A stretch of 64,000 nt of DNA from Thecamonas trahens ATCC 50062 (GCF_000142905.1 NW_013657654.1:186001-250000); one strand, 5' to 3'; counted from the first letter of the stretch, positions 1-11,899 are shown. Notes: generated by a model from the sequence alone, not told the origin. Translations and numbers: made by a program.

Positions 1-175
1 GGGTTGGGGTGGGTGGTGGGTTGGGGTGGGTGGTGGCTGGTGGGTGGTGGGTGGGGTGGCTGGTGGGTGGTGGGTGATGGGTGGGTGATGGGTGGATGGG
101 TGATGGGTGCTGGCTGGTGGGCGATGGGTGGCTGATGGGTGATGGGTGCTGGCTGGTGGGCGATGGGTGGCTGGC
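1..175. repeat. G/T-rich low-complexity simple repeat (GGGTGG/GGCTGGTGGGCGATGGGT-like units)
   Basis: Directly visible degenerate G-rich repeats at the window start, upstream of the AKR gene. Confidence 0.7.
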
Positions 176-320
176 TGACGAGGGACGAATGACTGAGAGG
201 CTCTCCACCCAAAGCCGACAAAGGCACCGAACAGAACAATCCGACTGCCTGTTGCCCCCCCCCCCCCCCCCCCCTCCCCCCTCCCCCTTCCCCCTCGTCC
301 CCCCACACCTCCCTCCTTCC

Positions 321-1382
321 ATGTCCGCACTACTGCGTGCTCTTACCCGGGCACTCCCGCGCCACCCACTGCGGCCTGTCTCGGCTGCCACCACCACTTC
401 GGCCGCCCGCACGATCTCGGGCACATCGCGGGCAGAGGGGCATGTTGCGGGCCTAGGGACTACGGTCGAGCTGAACAACGGGGTGGCCATGCCGCGGATG
501 GGTCTCGGCACGTGGCAGGCCGAGCCGGGCGCGGTGGGCGCTGCCGTCACTGCTGCTCTCGCCGCAGGCTACAGGCACATCGACTGCGCCTCGGTGTACG
601 GCAACGAGGGCGAGGTGGGCCTCGCGCTGGCGGCGGCCATCGCCGATGGCGTTGTTACGCGCGATGACGTCTTTGTCACCTCCAAGCTCTGGTGCACCTC
701 GCACGGCACAGACAACGTGGCGCCCGCCCTCGAGCGGAGTCTGGAGCGGCTCGGACTGGACCATCTTGATCTGTACCTCATCCACGTCCCTGTCGCCCTC
801 CGCAAGCGCGCGCCTGAGGACGGGGGCAACGAGGCTAGCGTCGAGATTGTCCACATTCCGCTGGCAGAGACCTGGGCTGGCATGGAATCTGTGCTTGCGG
901 CAGGCCTCACCCGTGCCATCGGTGTCTCCAACATGCCCACCCTCACCCTCAACGACCTGCTCGGCTCGGCCTCTGTTATTCCGGCCGTCAACCAGATCGA
1001 GCGCCACCCGTACCTTCCCCAGACCGAGCACGCTTCCTGGGCCGCAGAGCACGGCATCCAGATCATCGCCTACTCGCCGCTGGGCAACGCGTCGCTCGAC
1101 GCCCACGCTGCCCCCGGCGCCCCGCCGCCGCTTCTGGAGCACCCGGTCGTCGCAGACGTGGCCGCCGCCGTCGGTGCTACCCGCGCACAGGTCCTCCTCG
1201 CCTGGAACCTGGCCCAGGGCTCGTCGGTCATCCCCAAGTCGGTCTCGCCAGCTCGCATCGTCGAGAACGCTGCCTCCATCGACCTGCAGCTGCCGGCCGA
1301 CGCCCTTGAAGCCCTTAACGCGCTCGATTGCGGCAGGCGCTATCTCGACTTTGCCTGGACTGGCTTCTCCCTCTTTAAGTGA
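321..1382 (+). CDS. Aldo-keto reductase family protein, probable N-terminal mitochondrial presequence
   Basis: Motifs MPRMGLGTWQ, GYRHIDCASVYGNE, FVTSKLW, LDLYLIH, RAIGVSN, NQIERHPY, AYSPLG, VIPKS. ATG at 321 follows a C-rich tract. N-terminus is Arg/Ala/Thr-rich and acid-free. Confidence 0.92.
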   Translation: MSALLRALTRALPRHPLRPVSAATTTSAARTISGTSRAEGHVAGLGTTVELNNGVAMPRMGLGTWQAEPGAVGAAVTAALAAGYRHIDCASVYGNEGEVGLALAAAIADGVVTRDDVFVTSKLWCTSHGTDNVAPALERSLERLGLDHLDLYLIHVPVALRKRAPEDGGNEASVEIVHIPLAETWAGMESVLAAGLTRAIGVSNMPTLTLNDLLGSASVIPAVNQIERHPYLPQTEHASWAAEHGIQIIAYSPLGNASLDAHAAPGAPPPLLEHPVVADVAAAVGATRAQVLLAWNLAQGSSVIPKSVSPARIVENAASIDLQLPADALEALNALDCGRRYLDFAWTGFSLFK

Positions 1383-1461
1383 GTACCCGCGCTCCGTGGC
1401 ACAACTGTAAACCTGCAAGGGCATTGCGGTCGAGAGCGCCGCAGGCGTTCGGACCTGGAGC

Positions 1462-1920
1462 TCAGAAGAGCTTAAAAGCCGAGAGCATTGACGCGGCCTT
1501 GATGGCGCCGCGAACGTCAAAGCCCCACAGGTTCTTGATGTCGGCGTAGACGACATCGAGCTTTGCCCGCATGGCCGGATCGGGCCGCTTGACCACCTTG
1601 GTCGCCTCGGCGACCAACTCCTTCTTGGTTGCCTCGTCGAGGGCCACCCAGTAGTTGACAATGTCCTCAAACCGCGCCGTCCCGGCCTCCAGCTTTCCCT
1701 TGCCCTTGCCCTCCTCGTCCCCCTCCGCCGCTCCCATCGCCGGCCCTGTCGACGCTGCCCGTATCCCACGCCATCTGCCGATTGCCATCCACCGCCATCG
1801 GCTGCCTGTCGCCGCCGTCGGCGCAGCACCCGCCGCCACACCCACAGTCGGCGCAGCAGCCGTCCACCGTCCCGCCGCCCACCGGCCCGCTCCGCACCAC
1901 GTCAAGCACCGCGCCGCCAT
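1462..1920 (-). CDS. Hypothetical ~152-aa protein, possible mitochondrial presequence
   Basis: Open frame from ATG 1920 (MAARCLTW...). Arg/Trp/Ala-rich N-terminus, then a helical-looking C-terminus (FEDIVNYWVALDEATKKELVAEA...NLWGFDVRGAIKAA). Converges on the AKR gene. Confidence 0.55.
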   Translation of the reverse strand: MAARCLTWCGAGRWAAGRWTAAAPTVGVAAGAAPTAATGSRWRWMAIGRWRGIRAASTGPAMGAAEGDEEGKGKGKLEAGTARFEDIVNYWVALDEATKKELVAEATKVVKRPDPAMRAKLDVVYADIKNLWGFDVRGAIKAASMLSAFKLF

Positions 1921-2099
1921 GCAAGCCTCTTGCACCTGTCCCTGCTTCCTGCTCTGCTGCGGTAGAGAGCCGTGTCGCCTGTCGCCCTCCCGCAACACGC
2001 CCTGCTTGTCGGCCACCGCTGGCCACTGCTGCCAGCCGCAGCCAGGGCTGGCTGCGGCTGGCGACAGATACAGCCCATCTCGGCCTCCGATCTCGACCG

Positions 2100-2480
2100 C
2101 CCGATGTCTGGCCTGGTTGCGGCATCGGATCAGCCCGATGTCTGGCCTGGTCTGGCCTGGTTGCGGCATCGGATCAGTCTGGCCTGGTTGCGGCATCGGA
2201 TCAGTCTGGCCTGGTTGCGGCACCAGATCAGCCCGATGTCTGGCCTAGTCTGGCCTGGTTGCGGCACCGGATCAGTCTGGCCTGGTTGCGGCACCGGATC
2301 AGTCTGGCCTGGTTGCGGCACCGGATCAGTCTGGCCTGGTTGCGGCATCGGATCAGTCTGGCCTGGTTGCGGCACCGGATCAGTCTGGCCTGGTTGCGGC
2401 ACCGGATCAGTCTGGCCTGGTTGCGGCATCGGATCAGTCTGGTCTGGTTGCGGCACCGGATCAGCCCGATGTCTGGCCTG
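2100..2480. repeat. Minisatellite: 12 copies of a 27-bp unit GTCTGGCCTGGTTGCGGCA(C/T)CGGATCA with recurring GCCCGATGTCTGGCCT(G/A) interruptions
   Basis: Units counted by eye as 1+3+8. Lies between divergent ATGs at 1920 (-) and 2568 (+). Confidence 0.95.
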
Positions 2481-2567
2481 TTACCGAGCAGGGGCGAGTC
2501 GGCTAGCGTGTACGGCGCGAGGGTGCACTTGACTCTGCTGCTGCTGCTGCTGCTGCTGAGTGGGGTC

Positions 2568-3342
2568 ATGGCGGACACGCGGGTGTCGTCGGTCTGCCTC
2601 AGCATTGGATATGCGCCCACAGGGCGAGCAAAGTGCAAGTGGTGCAAGGCAGCCATTGCCAAGGATGCGCTCCGCATCAGCCGGTCTGTCCCTTCGCCCT
2701 TTGTACGCAGCAGCTGGCCAAGGGGGAATCAGAGAGGGAAGGAAGGGAGGGGGGGGATGCTGACTCATGGTGCTGATCATGGTGGAGATGGATGTATGGA
2801 TGCTCATGCCCATGTGCTGTCGCTGATGAATGGCGTCGCCACCAACTCATCATGGGCCGTGACGTTTGCTGGGCGATGATGGGACAGTATGACGGGATCA
2901 TGACGCTCCACTACCACGCCAGCCCTTGCTTCTTTCACAAGCAGCTCAAGATGCGCCCGACAACGTACAAGTTGCGGGATGTGAACCAGCTCGACGGGTT
3001 TACCGATCTGCGGTGGCAAGACCAGGTGGCGTACGCAGAGCAGCTAGCAGCTCACGTCGCCGATCTTGATGCTGGCGTCCTCCCGCCGCCTCCTCCCACC
3101 GACGACGACAACGACGGCGATGATGCCGACGACGGGCCGCCGCCGTACCGTGCGTCACCAGACGTGCCGGAAAAACCGTCAACAAGCTCAAGGTTGCTGA
3201 GCTCAAGACAGAGCTCCGCGCCCGTGGCCTCAAGGTTAGCGGCCGCAAGGCCGAGCTCATCGCTCGTCTTGCCGACGACGATGCCACCATGTGTCCTGTG
3301 CCGAGCTACGAGTCGTCTGATGAGGAACCTGACCCATTGTGA
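2568..3342 (+). CDS. PARP-type zinc finger + SAP domain protein (intron 2703-2887; one-base break at 3171-3175)
   Basis: zf-PARP: YAPTGRAKCKWCKAAIAKDALRI..SPF|YDGIMTLHYHASPCFF..LDGFTDLRWQDQ. GTACGC..CAG intron joins in frame. Adding one A at 3171-3175 gives the SAP motif TVNKLKVAELKTELRARGLKVSGRKAELIARL. Stop TGA 3340-3342. Confidence 0.8.
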
Positions 3343-3347
3343 GCAGT

Positions 3348-6300
3348 TTATGTCGATGTTGACGTCGATGAGACCGTCGACTCCGACTCGACGAAAAGAT
3401 CGAGGCGTTGGCCCGGATCGGCTGCGACGACGACGCTGCCAGCGACGGCGAGGACTTGTCGCTCACCTGCCGTGATAGCTTGCCGCCCTCGCTGTAGTGT
3501 GGCCGCGGGAGCGACGCGCCAGCCACCGACTGCGTCAGCCGCTTTTGCATCGCCAGCGAGACGCCCGGATGGTGGTCGTGCGCGCCTGCAAAGAGATCGA
3601 GCGCAACCGCGTCCTCGGGTGTGCTGCCCTTTTCAGGCGCAACCTTCATCGTGTGGTTGTGCCGGAAGAAAAGGCGTGGAAGACTACCACGAACACTGCG
3701 GCCGAGCACGCAATGATGATGGCAATGGTGACATACCCGAGCATGTTCGACTGCTGAGTGTAAAAGACCTGCCCAAAGACGAGGACCACAAGCGAGGCAA
3801 AGAGCAGCGCTGACTCGACCATGTTGCATGCCACCGAGTTGAACGGCACGTACCGCTGCTGGACGGCAAGCGCCACCAGGAGCGCGAGCTGCGCAATCAT
3901 CGCCTGGACCGGCGGCGACTCGGAGAACGTCATCATCGCCACAGCAATAAAGAGCTTGCGCATGATGACAATGAGCTCGTACCACGCCAGCGACGGCCGG
4001 AACCGCGACGAGATGATGCCAAAGACCCGAAAGCCGGCAGACTTGGTGTCCTCCAGCGACGACCGGTACTTGAGAATGAGGAGAAGAAAGGTAGCCGGAA
4101 TGCCCATGACGTACACCACCACGGCTGCAATGCCTGCAGGCAGCATGTCCATCCACCACGGTTGGTAGCACTCGAGCGACGGATCCGCATCGAGCAGGTA
4201 TCGCCCATCGGCCTGCTGCGTGCAGTCAAAGAACTCGACGGCCTTGGCAGAGAGGAACATATACGCAAATGACGCCACCGTCACCATCGAAGTGCCCACC
4301 AGCCACCACGGGATTCCACGGTGCCGTCGCGAGACCACCGAGCACAGCAGCCGCGAGAAGAGCACAAGCGCAATGTACACAGTGCCCAGCAGGAGTGGAG
4401 CCGCCATCGTCACACCCCACTTGAACGCGTACGGGTACTCGACAGAGCAGTCGGTGGCAAGCAGGTCGACGTTAAAGTTGAGAACAGAGAAAAAGTCAAA
4501 GACCTTCAGGACTGCAGACGGCCACCGGAGCTTGAACGATGCCATCACCGCAATGATCTGCCAAAAGTTGAGTCCGATCGAGACAACCGCCATCCGCGAC
4601 GCCCACGACTTGCGGTACTTCTTGATGCCAGACTTGACCATCGACCGCGAAAAGTACGCCAGGCCACCAAGGAGGCCACCAGCAGCGAGCACAACAACCA
4701 GCGAGAACGCCGACCACCGCATCCACGCGTCGTCAGGGCACTTGACGCATCGCGACGAGAGCCGGTAGTACCGCGGCGTGCCCTTGGAGCACTCGGCGCA
4801 GCTCGAGCCTTGGTACCCAGTCGCGCAGGTGTTGTTGCGCAGGCACGCCTCGCGCGGCACGCACGGCTGGAACAGCAGCGGGTTGTTCGGCGACGACGTG
4901 AAGCCAGCCTGCGGGAACGGACTTGATCGTCCGCCCAGGCACTCGCCGTTTGGCGGGCATGTCACGCATGGGCCGTTCGGAGGGCCATACAGTCCAAGTC
5001 CGCACACGCACTCGCCAGTCCCGGCCTCGGCGTACATAGCCTCGCCGCACACGGTTCGGAAGCTAAAGCTGTACACACTCGCCAACGAGTTGCCCGACAA
5101 GTCGGTCGCGTCCGTCACAATCTCCACCATGTACCGAGCCACGGCATCAAGCTCTGCGTCGGGCGTCAGCTGGAGCAGGCTCTCCGAGAGCCAGACTGGA
5201 GACACCTGATCGATCCGCACCCGGTCGGTGCCGTCAAGCGGAACTGCATACAGCCGGACCGCAGCCGTTGTCGTCTGCTGGTTCATGGCCTCCGAGAACG
5301 TGATCTCCACCACTGAGTCGACCTCAACCGAGCCCACGCCAGATTGCGGCGTGTGACCCACCACTTGCGGCGCTGCGAGGTCCTTGGTTCGGAACCGGAA
5401 CGTGACCGGCGCGATAGCGTTGCCTGGCACGTCAAACACGCTCTGAACAACCACTTCGTGGACGACGTCGCCGACCAGGGCGCTCACCGGCGTCAGCGTT
5501 AGCACCTCGCCACTCGCCCCGCTCGTCCAAGTCTCGACTGCAGACACAGCGGTGTCGCCGACATCGTCGCCGTCCGAGTCGTAGCGCAGCACCACGCTGT
5601 TCGCTGACGCCGCGCGGTCGATAACCTCGTCAAACTCGATGACGACAGTTGATTCTAGAGCCACTCCGACCGCGTCGTCGACCGGTGTCATCGCCTCCAC
5701 CTGCGGTGGAATGACGGCCGTCGTGAACGAGTACGTCAGCGTCCGCCCCAGCTGAAGCAGGTCCGGCAGGTCGGTGGTTACCACTGTCGTTACATTGGCG
5801 CCAAACACGAGGTTGTACGTCACTGTGTCCTCCAGTGGGCTTGCCGGCGTAAACCGCGCCACGTTGCCGTTCTCCGACCAGCTCCACACACCGGCAATGC
5901 GATTGGCAGGTACATCGCTCACATCGGCTCGCACCGCGTAGATTGCCTCGCTGGTCAGGTCGACGTTCATCGTCGCACCAAAAAGACCACCACGTCGGCG
6001 TCGAGCTCGACGCCGGTTGCCCCGTCGCTCGGTTCAAAGAACGCAAGGAGCTCAACAACCCGGAACGCCGCCGTCCCATCGACAAGCCCGGTCATCGATT
6101 CGGCCACCGACGCGTTGACCAGCACCGCGTACTGCCGGTTCTTGATCATCGGGCTCACCGGAAGCGCGACGAGCTCGGTCGCACTTTGCCACGAGAGGGA
6201 GACTGGCACAATGCCGTCGGCTGTCGTATCGGTCAGCGAGAATGCGGCTTCCATCGACGACTGGTAGAGCGGGAGGATCGGGTTGTCAAATTGGATACGG

Positions 6301-8648
6301 ATGCTGGACAGCTTGGTCGCCACAGCGCTCGGCGCAATGCTGACCACACTTGTCTGAACCTCGTTGTCAATGGCGGAAAAAGTGTACGGAAAGCTGGCTC
6401 CCACAGCCGATGGGCCGAGGCCCTGGTAGAACTCGTCGGCCGAGACCGCGCTCGCCATCGAGACAGTGACACTCGTCGTAAGATCAAACACGGTCTCTTC
6501 CACCACGCTCACTGTAAAGTTGGCCGGCCGCCGCCACTCCGACGCCAAGAGCGTCGCGGCCGACGGGCTGATGACGGCTTGCGAGCCGGGCGCGTCGAGA
6601 GCAAATGCCACGTCCACGTCGGCACTTGGCTCGGTCGCCAGCGAGGCCGAAAACTCAAATGAAGCACCTTCCGCTACACTTGCAGGCCATGACACGCACT
6701 CGACAACGACACTGGCGATGTCGTCGTTGATAAAGTCGAATGGCATCTGCGACGGCGTCGGCTGCACGTTGTGGTAAACCGAAGAGTCCGAGACGGTGTT
6801 TTCGATACTGACAACGATGCCAACGTTGTCCTCGGCGCGCTCATTGTCGATCGGCGAGAGCACAACGTTCTGCTTCACGTTCCAGTCTGCGTTGGTGAAC
6901 GAGACCACCGACGGTGAGATTGAAGCGTGGATGGTGTCGTTGACGCTCACAGAGACGTTGACAAGGACATCGGGAACCGGCGCCACACCGAGCTCGACGG
7001 TCAGCACCACCACTGGACCGTCCTCCAGCAGCTGGTTCGTTGGGATGCCGGCGACGCCGACGAGCACGGCTGGCACGTCGACGTTCTGGACTGTAACTTC
7101 GTCAGTCACGGCAGGCAGGCCTTGGTACGGCTCAAGCACGTCCGACGATGACACCGGGCCGAACGAGATAGTGACCGCTTGAGTGCCGTCAACAACAAAG
7201 TCGTCGACACCAAAGACAGTCACTGGCTGCGGCGTGTTCCAATCGCTTGCAGTAAAGACTAGCCATGGCGGCAGGATTTCGGCTTCGCCGACATCGCTCG
7301 ACGAGAGTGAGACGTTGACCGTGCCGAGCGGCCGAGAGCCCAACTGGACCGTGGTAGAGGTCGATGTGCTTTCGGTGATGATGTCCGACGGTGAAAACGT
7401 GGAAAAGAGGACTGCGGCCGTGTCGACGTCAGCGATGGTGACCGTGATGTCGGCGAGGACAAAGTTGTCGTACTTGACGTCGATGTCCGACGTCACATTG
7501 TGCCGAATGCTGCATGACTGCGGCCCGTCGTCGACATTGTCGATCTGCGGGGAGATGACAACCTGCTGTGGCACGATGTAGTTGGCCGGTGTAAAGAGGA
7601 GCGACGGGGTCACCGAGCACTCGGAGGTGTCGTCCGAGGCCAAGGACACGGTGACATCCCCAAGTGGCCTAGTCGCCAGAACAATCGTGTACGTGATATC
7701 AGCGCCGTTCTCAGGTGTCGACGACGCCGACACAGCCGAGATGACAATGTTCGCCACATCGTTGTTGCCGAGCGTGTACTTGCCAGCGATGGCCTTGTCC
7801 TGCATGGGGCCGTACTCTGCCGCGCCCGTGGGCTCGAGCTTCAGATCAAAGTCGTATGGGTCGGCATCGATGTTGTCCTCGACCGCGTACAGTGTGACCA
7901 CCTGCGGATTCATGTAGTTGGCAGTGGTAAAGGTGAGCGTGTGCAACGGCGGACCTGGCGGTGAGGTGAAAGCAAGTTGCTGCGGCGAGATCGCCGGGCC
8001 TGCCACAACCACTTTGACGTCGACCGAGCCACTCGACGGCTCCGAGCCGAGCCAGACCGAGAACGACGACGAGCTTCCCTCGGGAATGGTCAACTTGGTG
8101 GCCGGCAGGCCCGAGATGAGCACCTCGGCGACGTCGTCGTCAACAACGTTGATCGGAACGGAAGCGTCGCTCCGACCAGGACCAGTAAGCCCTGGCGCCC
8201 GCACAAAGAAGCAGTGACTGGGAGGTGCAGGACCGGGCGGAGGGGCTCCGACCCAGAGTGGATCCGCAAACTTGATGAACTCGTTCCGCGAGCCAGAATC
8301 GATGTTGTCGAGGTTGTCATGGAGAACGAAAACTCGAGCGCCCGAGCCCGGCGGCGTATCCGGGAAAACTGAGAAGCCAGCGAGATCGAGGCTGCCCAGC
8401 CATGGGCCAGTACTCGAGGTGCCGACTTTGGAGTTGGGTCCTGCAGTGACTGTGATCTTGACTTCATGGCCGTCGCTGCATTCACCATCAGAAAACCAGG
8501 TCTCCAGCTCTGTGACGGAGCCCTCCAAGTGTGGGCTTGGGGACAGAATGTCAACCACAAAGTTGCGCGCTGGGGGCTGGCCGACCACTCCAACAGCCAG
8601 AACCAGCACCACCACGAGGGCGACAGACAACGTGGGGGTCGCGTCCAT
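3348..8648 (-). CDS. Large secreted-type surface protein: signal peptide, Calx-beta/Ig-like repeats, Big_5-like Ig domains, Cys-rich repeats, multi-pass TM module (one-base breaks at ~5980, ~3670, possibly ~3395)
   Basis: Signal peptide MDATPTLSVALVVVLVLAVGVVG. Repeated L.FT..NW..PQ.V.V..VDD motifs, and P..GA.GV..D..V.I.F.E.M Ig-like units. CxxCPxxxxC repeats and ~8 hydrophobic segments. ORFs 5967-9032, 3646-5970 and 3257-4171 join by single T insertions. 3' end is uncertain (3646, 3348 or 3257). Confidence 0.8.
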
Positions 8649-9057
8649 GACGCCGGGGCTGAGAGGGACAGAGAAGAGGGACTTTGCGTGCGTGTATCTG
8701 TGTGGAGATAGAGAGCGCGCGCGCGGTGTTTCGGAAGAGAGAGTGTGGTGTGTGCGTGCGTGCGTGTGTGTGTTGCGGGGGAGGGGACAGCGGCAAAAGG
8801 AGGGAGGAGGGAACGTGATATGAAGTCTTCTGCGCATCAGGACACTTTTTTTCGCTCTGTACGCGTGGGGATCGGGCGGGTGGCAACGGTATTCCTTTTC
8901 TTTTTTTTTGGGTCGCAAGTTGGCGGTGACCGAGTCGGGTTGGTATTGGCGGTGGCGGTGGGGGAGCAAACGAATTGAGCTCGCGCGAATAGTGGGCTGG
9001 CGATTGGTGTTTCTCACTTTTCGTCCGAACAACGTCGAACTCGTCTCGCATCACACA

Positions 9058-9904
9058 ATGGGTACGTGAAGAGCCAATAGTAGGGGCAAGGGGGAGAAAG
9101 ACTCCGAGTAGGAGGCTCTACAGCCACAGTGGGCATGTTCACACATCATCGCACATGCTTGGTGGTGTTTATGTGCTCGCGGTGACTTGGTGCTCTGTAT
9201 AGGCGACTGTGCATGGCTGTCGGCGGCGGCTGTGGGCGTCCGATGCCATTTTTCATTTTTGTGTTTGACGGCGCTCGCCGCCTTCCGACCGAGGGTATGC
9301 GGCCGGTGCGGGGCAGGACCGACCAGGCATGCCCCGTACGACGTGTATAATGCTCATACCAAGGTGTGTGTCGAGTTGTGCGGGCTGCGGAGACCACGCG
9401 TCGTCGTAGCAGCCGCCGCGGTCCAGGCGAGCCGCCATCCCAGCCGGTGTGTGAGGCGGTGGCGGTGGTGACGGGCAAGGCGGCAGCAGGGAGGCAGAGA
9501 GGCGGAGACTCACCAAGAATGTGTGCGACGATACAGTCAAGGTCAAGGCTCATCTGCTCCGCAACGAGAACAAGGAGGAACTCGAGAAGCAGCTCGCGCA
9601 GTACCGCAATGAGCTCGCTCAGCTCCGCGTGGCCAAGGTCACCTCGGGCTCTGCCGTCAAGCTGACGCAGATCCGCATTGTGCGCAAGGCCATCGCCCGC
9701 GTCCTTACGGTCATCTCGCAGAAGAAGAAGGCTTCGCTCCGCAAGTTCTACGCCGAGTCCAAGTACAAGCCGCTCGACCTCCGCCCGAAGAAGACCCGCG
9801 CCATCCGCCAGGCCCTCACCTACAAGCAGAAGAACCTCAAGACCAACCGTGTCGCCAAGCGCGCCATGCAGTACCCGGACCGCGTCTTTGCTGTCCGTGC
9901 CTAA
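9058..9904 (+). CDS. RPL35: 60S ribosomal protein L35 (uL29); exon1 ATGG 9058-9061, intron 9062-9536
   Basis: KVKAHLLRNENKEELEKQLAQYRNELAQLRVAKV..KLTQIRIVRKAIARVLTVI..KYKPLDLRPKKTRAIR. CAG acceptor at 9534-9536. An alternative phase-compatible first exon ATGCCCC|GTACGA exists at 9329-9335. Confidence 0.93.
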
Positions 9905-10050
9905 GTACAGGTTTAAAGACAAAAGCAACAAGCAGTCTTCCCCCCCCTCCCCCCCTCTCTCCCCCACTTTCAGGCCATGCCCGTCCTCTGTGCCCGCGCT
10001 GTCGGCGATACACGCGACCCAGCCACACTCCCCTCTCTCACTTGGCAAGC

Positions 10051-11552
10051 ATGAAGGCGTTCCGCAAGGCCAAGCGCACAGTGACCCGGTCCATCCACCA
10101 GGACCTCCACCACAAGGTACCCCCCCCCCCCTCTCTTCTCTTCCCCTGCACCCTACTCCCTGCCTTGCCCTTGCCTGTTCAGGTGCGCTGCTAGGCAGTC
10201 GCTCTTCCCCTCCCCTTCCCCCCCTTTGATCGACACGCGTGCCACCGCCACCACTACCCCTTGCCTCCCCTCCCCCTCCCTCTCCTTCCTCCCCCCTCCC
10301 CTCCCCACCTCCCCCTACCTCCCCTCCTCCTGCTTCCTCCTCCCTTCCGCACCTGCGCACAACCTCCTCACATCACAGCACGGCGGCCTCCTCCCATGCA
10401 CAGATCGAAGAAGAGCGGGATGTGGCAAAGGTGCTGGTCAAATCGGCAGAGACGTTGCGGGCGGCAACAGAGCATTCGCGGGCGTGGGGCGACACGACCG
10501 AGTCGTCGACGCTCCTAGCTTACGCGCAGATGGAGTCGCAGGCCGACGCACAGTGGGCTGATGCCTTGGCAGAGTACGGCGAGGCGCGCGGGCAGTATGC
10601 TGCTGTGTGGGCAGAGGTGCTGGAGAAGGAGCGTGCACGCGACTCGGCTAAGAAGGCACTGGCCAAAGCCGAGGCTAACCTGGAGTCCGCGCAGTCCAAG
10701 CTGGCCAAGGCGCAGGGCAAGGCAAACTTTGAGGCCAAGCGTAGCCAGCTTGAGGAGGGCGTCTCGCTCGCCGAGGCCGACCTTCGATCGGCGCGCGAGC
10801 TTGCCGAGCAGCTGACCGACGAGTGCGAGTCATTCACCTCGCGCGAGCTGATCAAGGCCACTCGTGCCAACGCCGCGGCCACGCTCGCCCTATGCAAGCT
10901 TGGCACTCGGGTGTACTCGGACCTCCACGCCCGGTGCGAGGAGCTGGATGGGACCGGCGGTGGGCGCAAGTACGCCCGCACCGCCGTGGCCTCGGCCGCC
11001 GATGCTGCCATCGACATGTTTGACGAGGACAACACGGCCGCGCTCCACGCCACCACTGCATCAGGTGCCGGTCTGAACCCGTTCGACACCGAGGAGGCCA
11101 GCACGGTGCCTGTGGCCAGCGCTCCACCCGCAGAGCCTGCGCCTGCCGCCGACGACAACCCGTTCGCTGACGATCCGTTTGCCGATGAGCCCGTGCATGC
11201 CGCCGCTGCGCCTGCCGCCGCCGCTGCTGCCGCGCCCGCCACTGCTGCCGCGCCCGCCGCTGCTGCTGACGGCAACCCGTTTGGCGACGACATTCCCGAC
11301 GACGAGCCCGCAGCAGCAGCAGCAGCCGCCGCAGAGTCCAAGCCTCCCACTGATGATACGGCCAGTGACGAGACTACAGTTGTTGCCCGTGCGCGTGCCA
11401 TCGCCGACTTTGCTGGCGACAACGAGGGCGAACTGCCGTTTGCCCAAGGCGACATGCTCGAGATCACGGACCTGATGGACGGGGTGTGGTACTATGGGCG
11501 TAACGGCGAGGTCTACGGTGAGATTCCGTCCAACTTTGTTGAGATGATTTAG
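10051..11552 (+). CDS. BAR-like coiled-coil (Pil1/Lsp1-like) + NPF motifs + C-terminal SH3 protein; intron 10117-10403
   Basis: Exon1 MKAFRKAKRTVTRSIHQDLHHK|GTACCC..CAG|IEEERDVAKVLVK. Three NPF and one DPF motif. SH3: ARAIADFAGDNEGELPFAQGDMLEITDLMDGVWYYGRNGEVYGEIPSNFV. Confidence 0.85.
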
Positions 11553-11899
11553 CCAGAGCCCGCCCGGATCCCGGCCGGCTGCAGCCAGGGTGCGGCCAGA
11601 ACGCCATGCCCGAGCGCTCGCCTCCTCTCGATCGCATCCTCAGCCTCGGGCGCCACCATAGCCATGGAAGAATGATCCCTTCCTCTCCGCCGCCCTCCAG
11701 CCACCGATGTGCATCGACATACACCGTATCGCAACCCCCCGCCATCCACCCCCCCCCTCCCCCCCCCCCTCGTGACCGTCACCAATTCCACCGCCTGCCA
11801 CGTCGGTAGTGGTCCACCCCCCCACCCCCCACCCCCCCCCACTCCACCCCCCACTCCACGCCCCACCCACCCCCACTTCCCCACACTACCGAAAACATT

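Noticed and set aside
1-175. Telomeric repeat
   Set aside because: G-rich but irregular, with no fixed TTAGGG-like unit, and similar tracts occur at internal promoters.
2100-2480. CRISPR-like array (27-bp repeats; a Cas4-like nuclease exists elsewhere in the window)
   Set aside because: Units are head-to-tail with no unique spacers, the interruptions are identical to each other, the context is eukaryotic and there are no cas1/cas2 genes.
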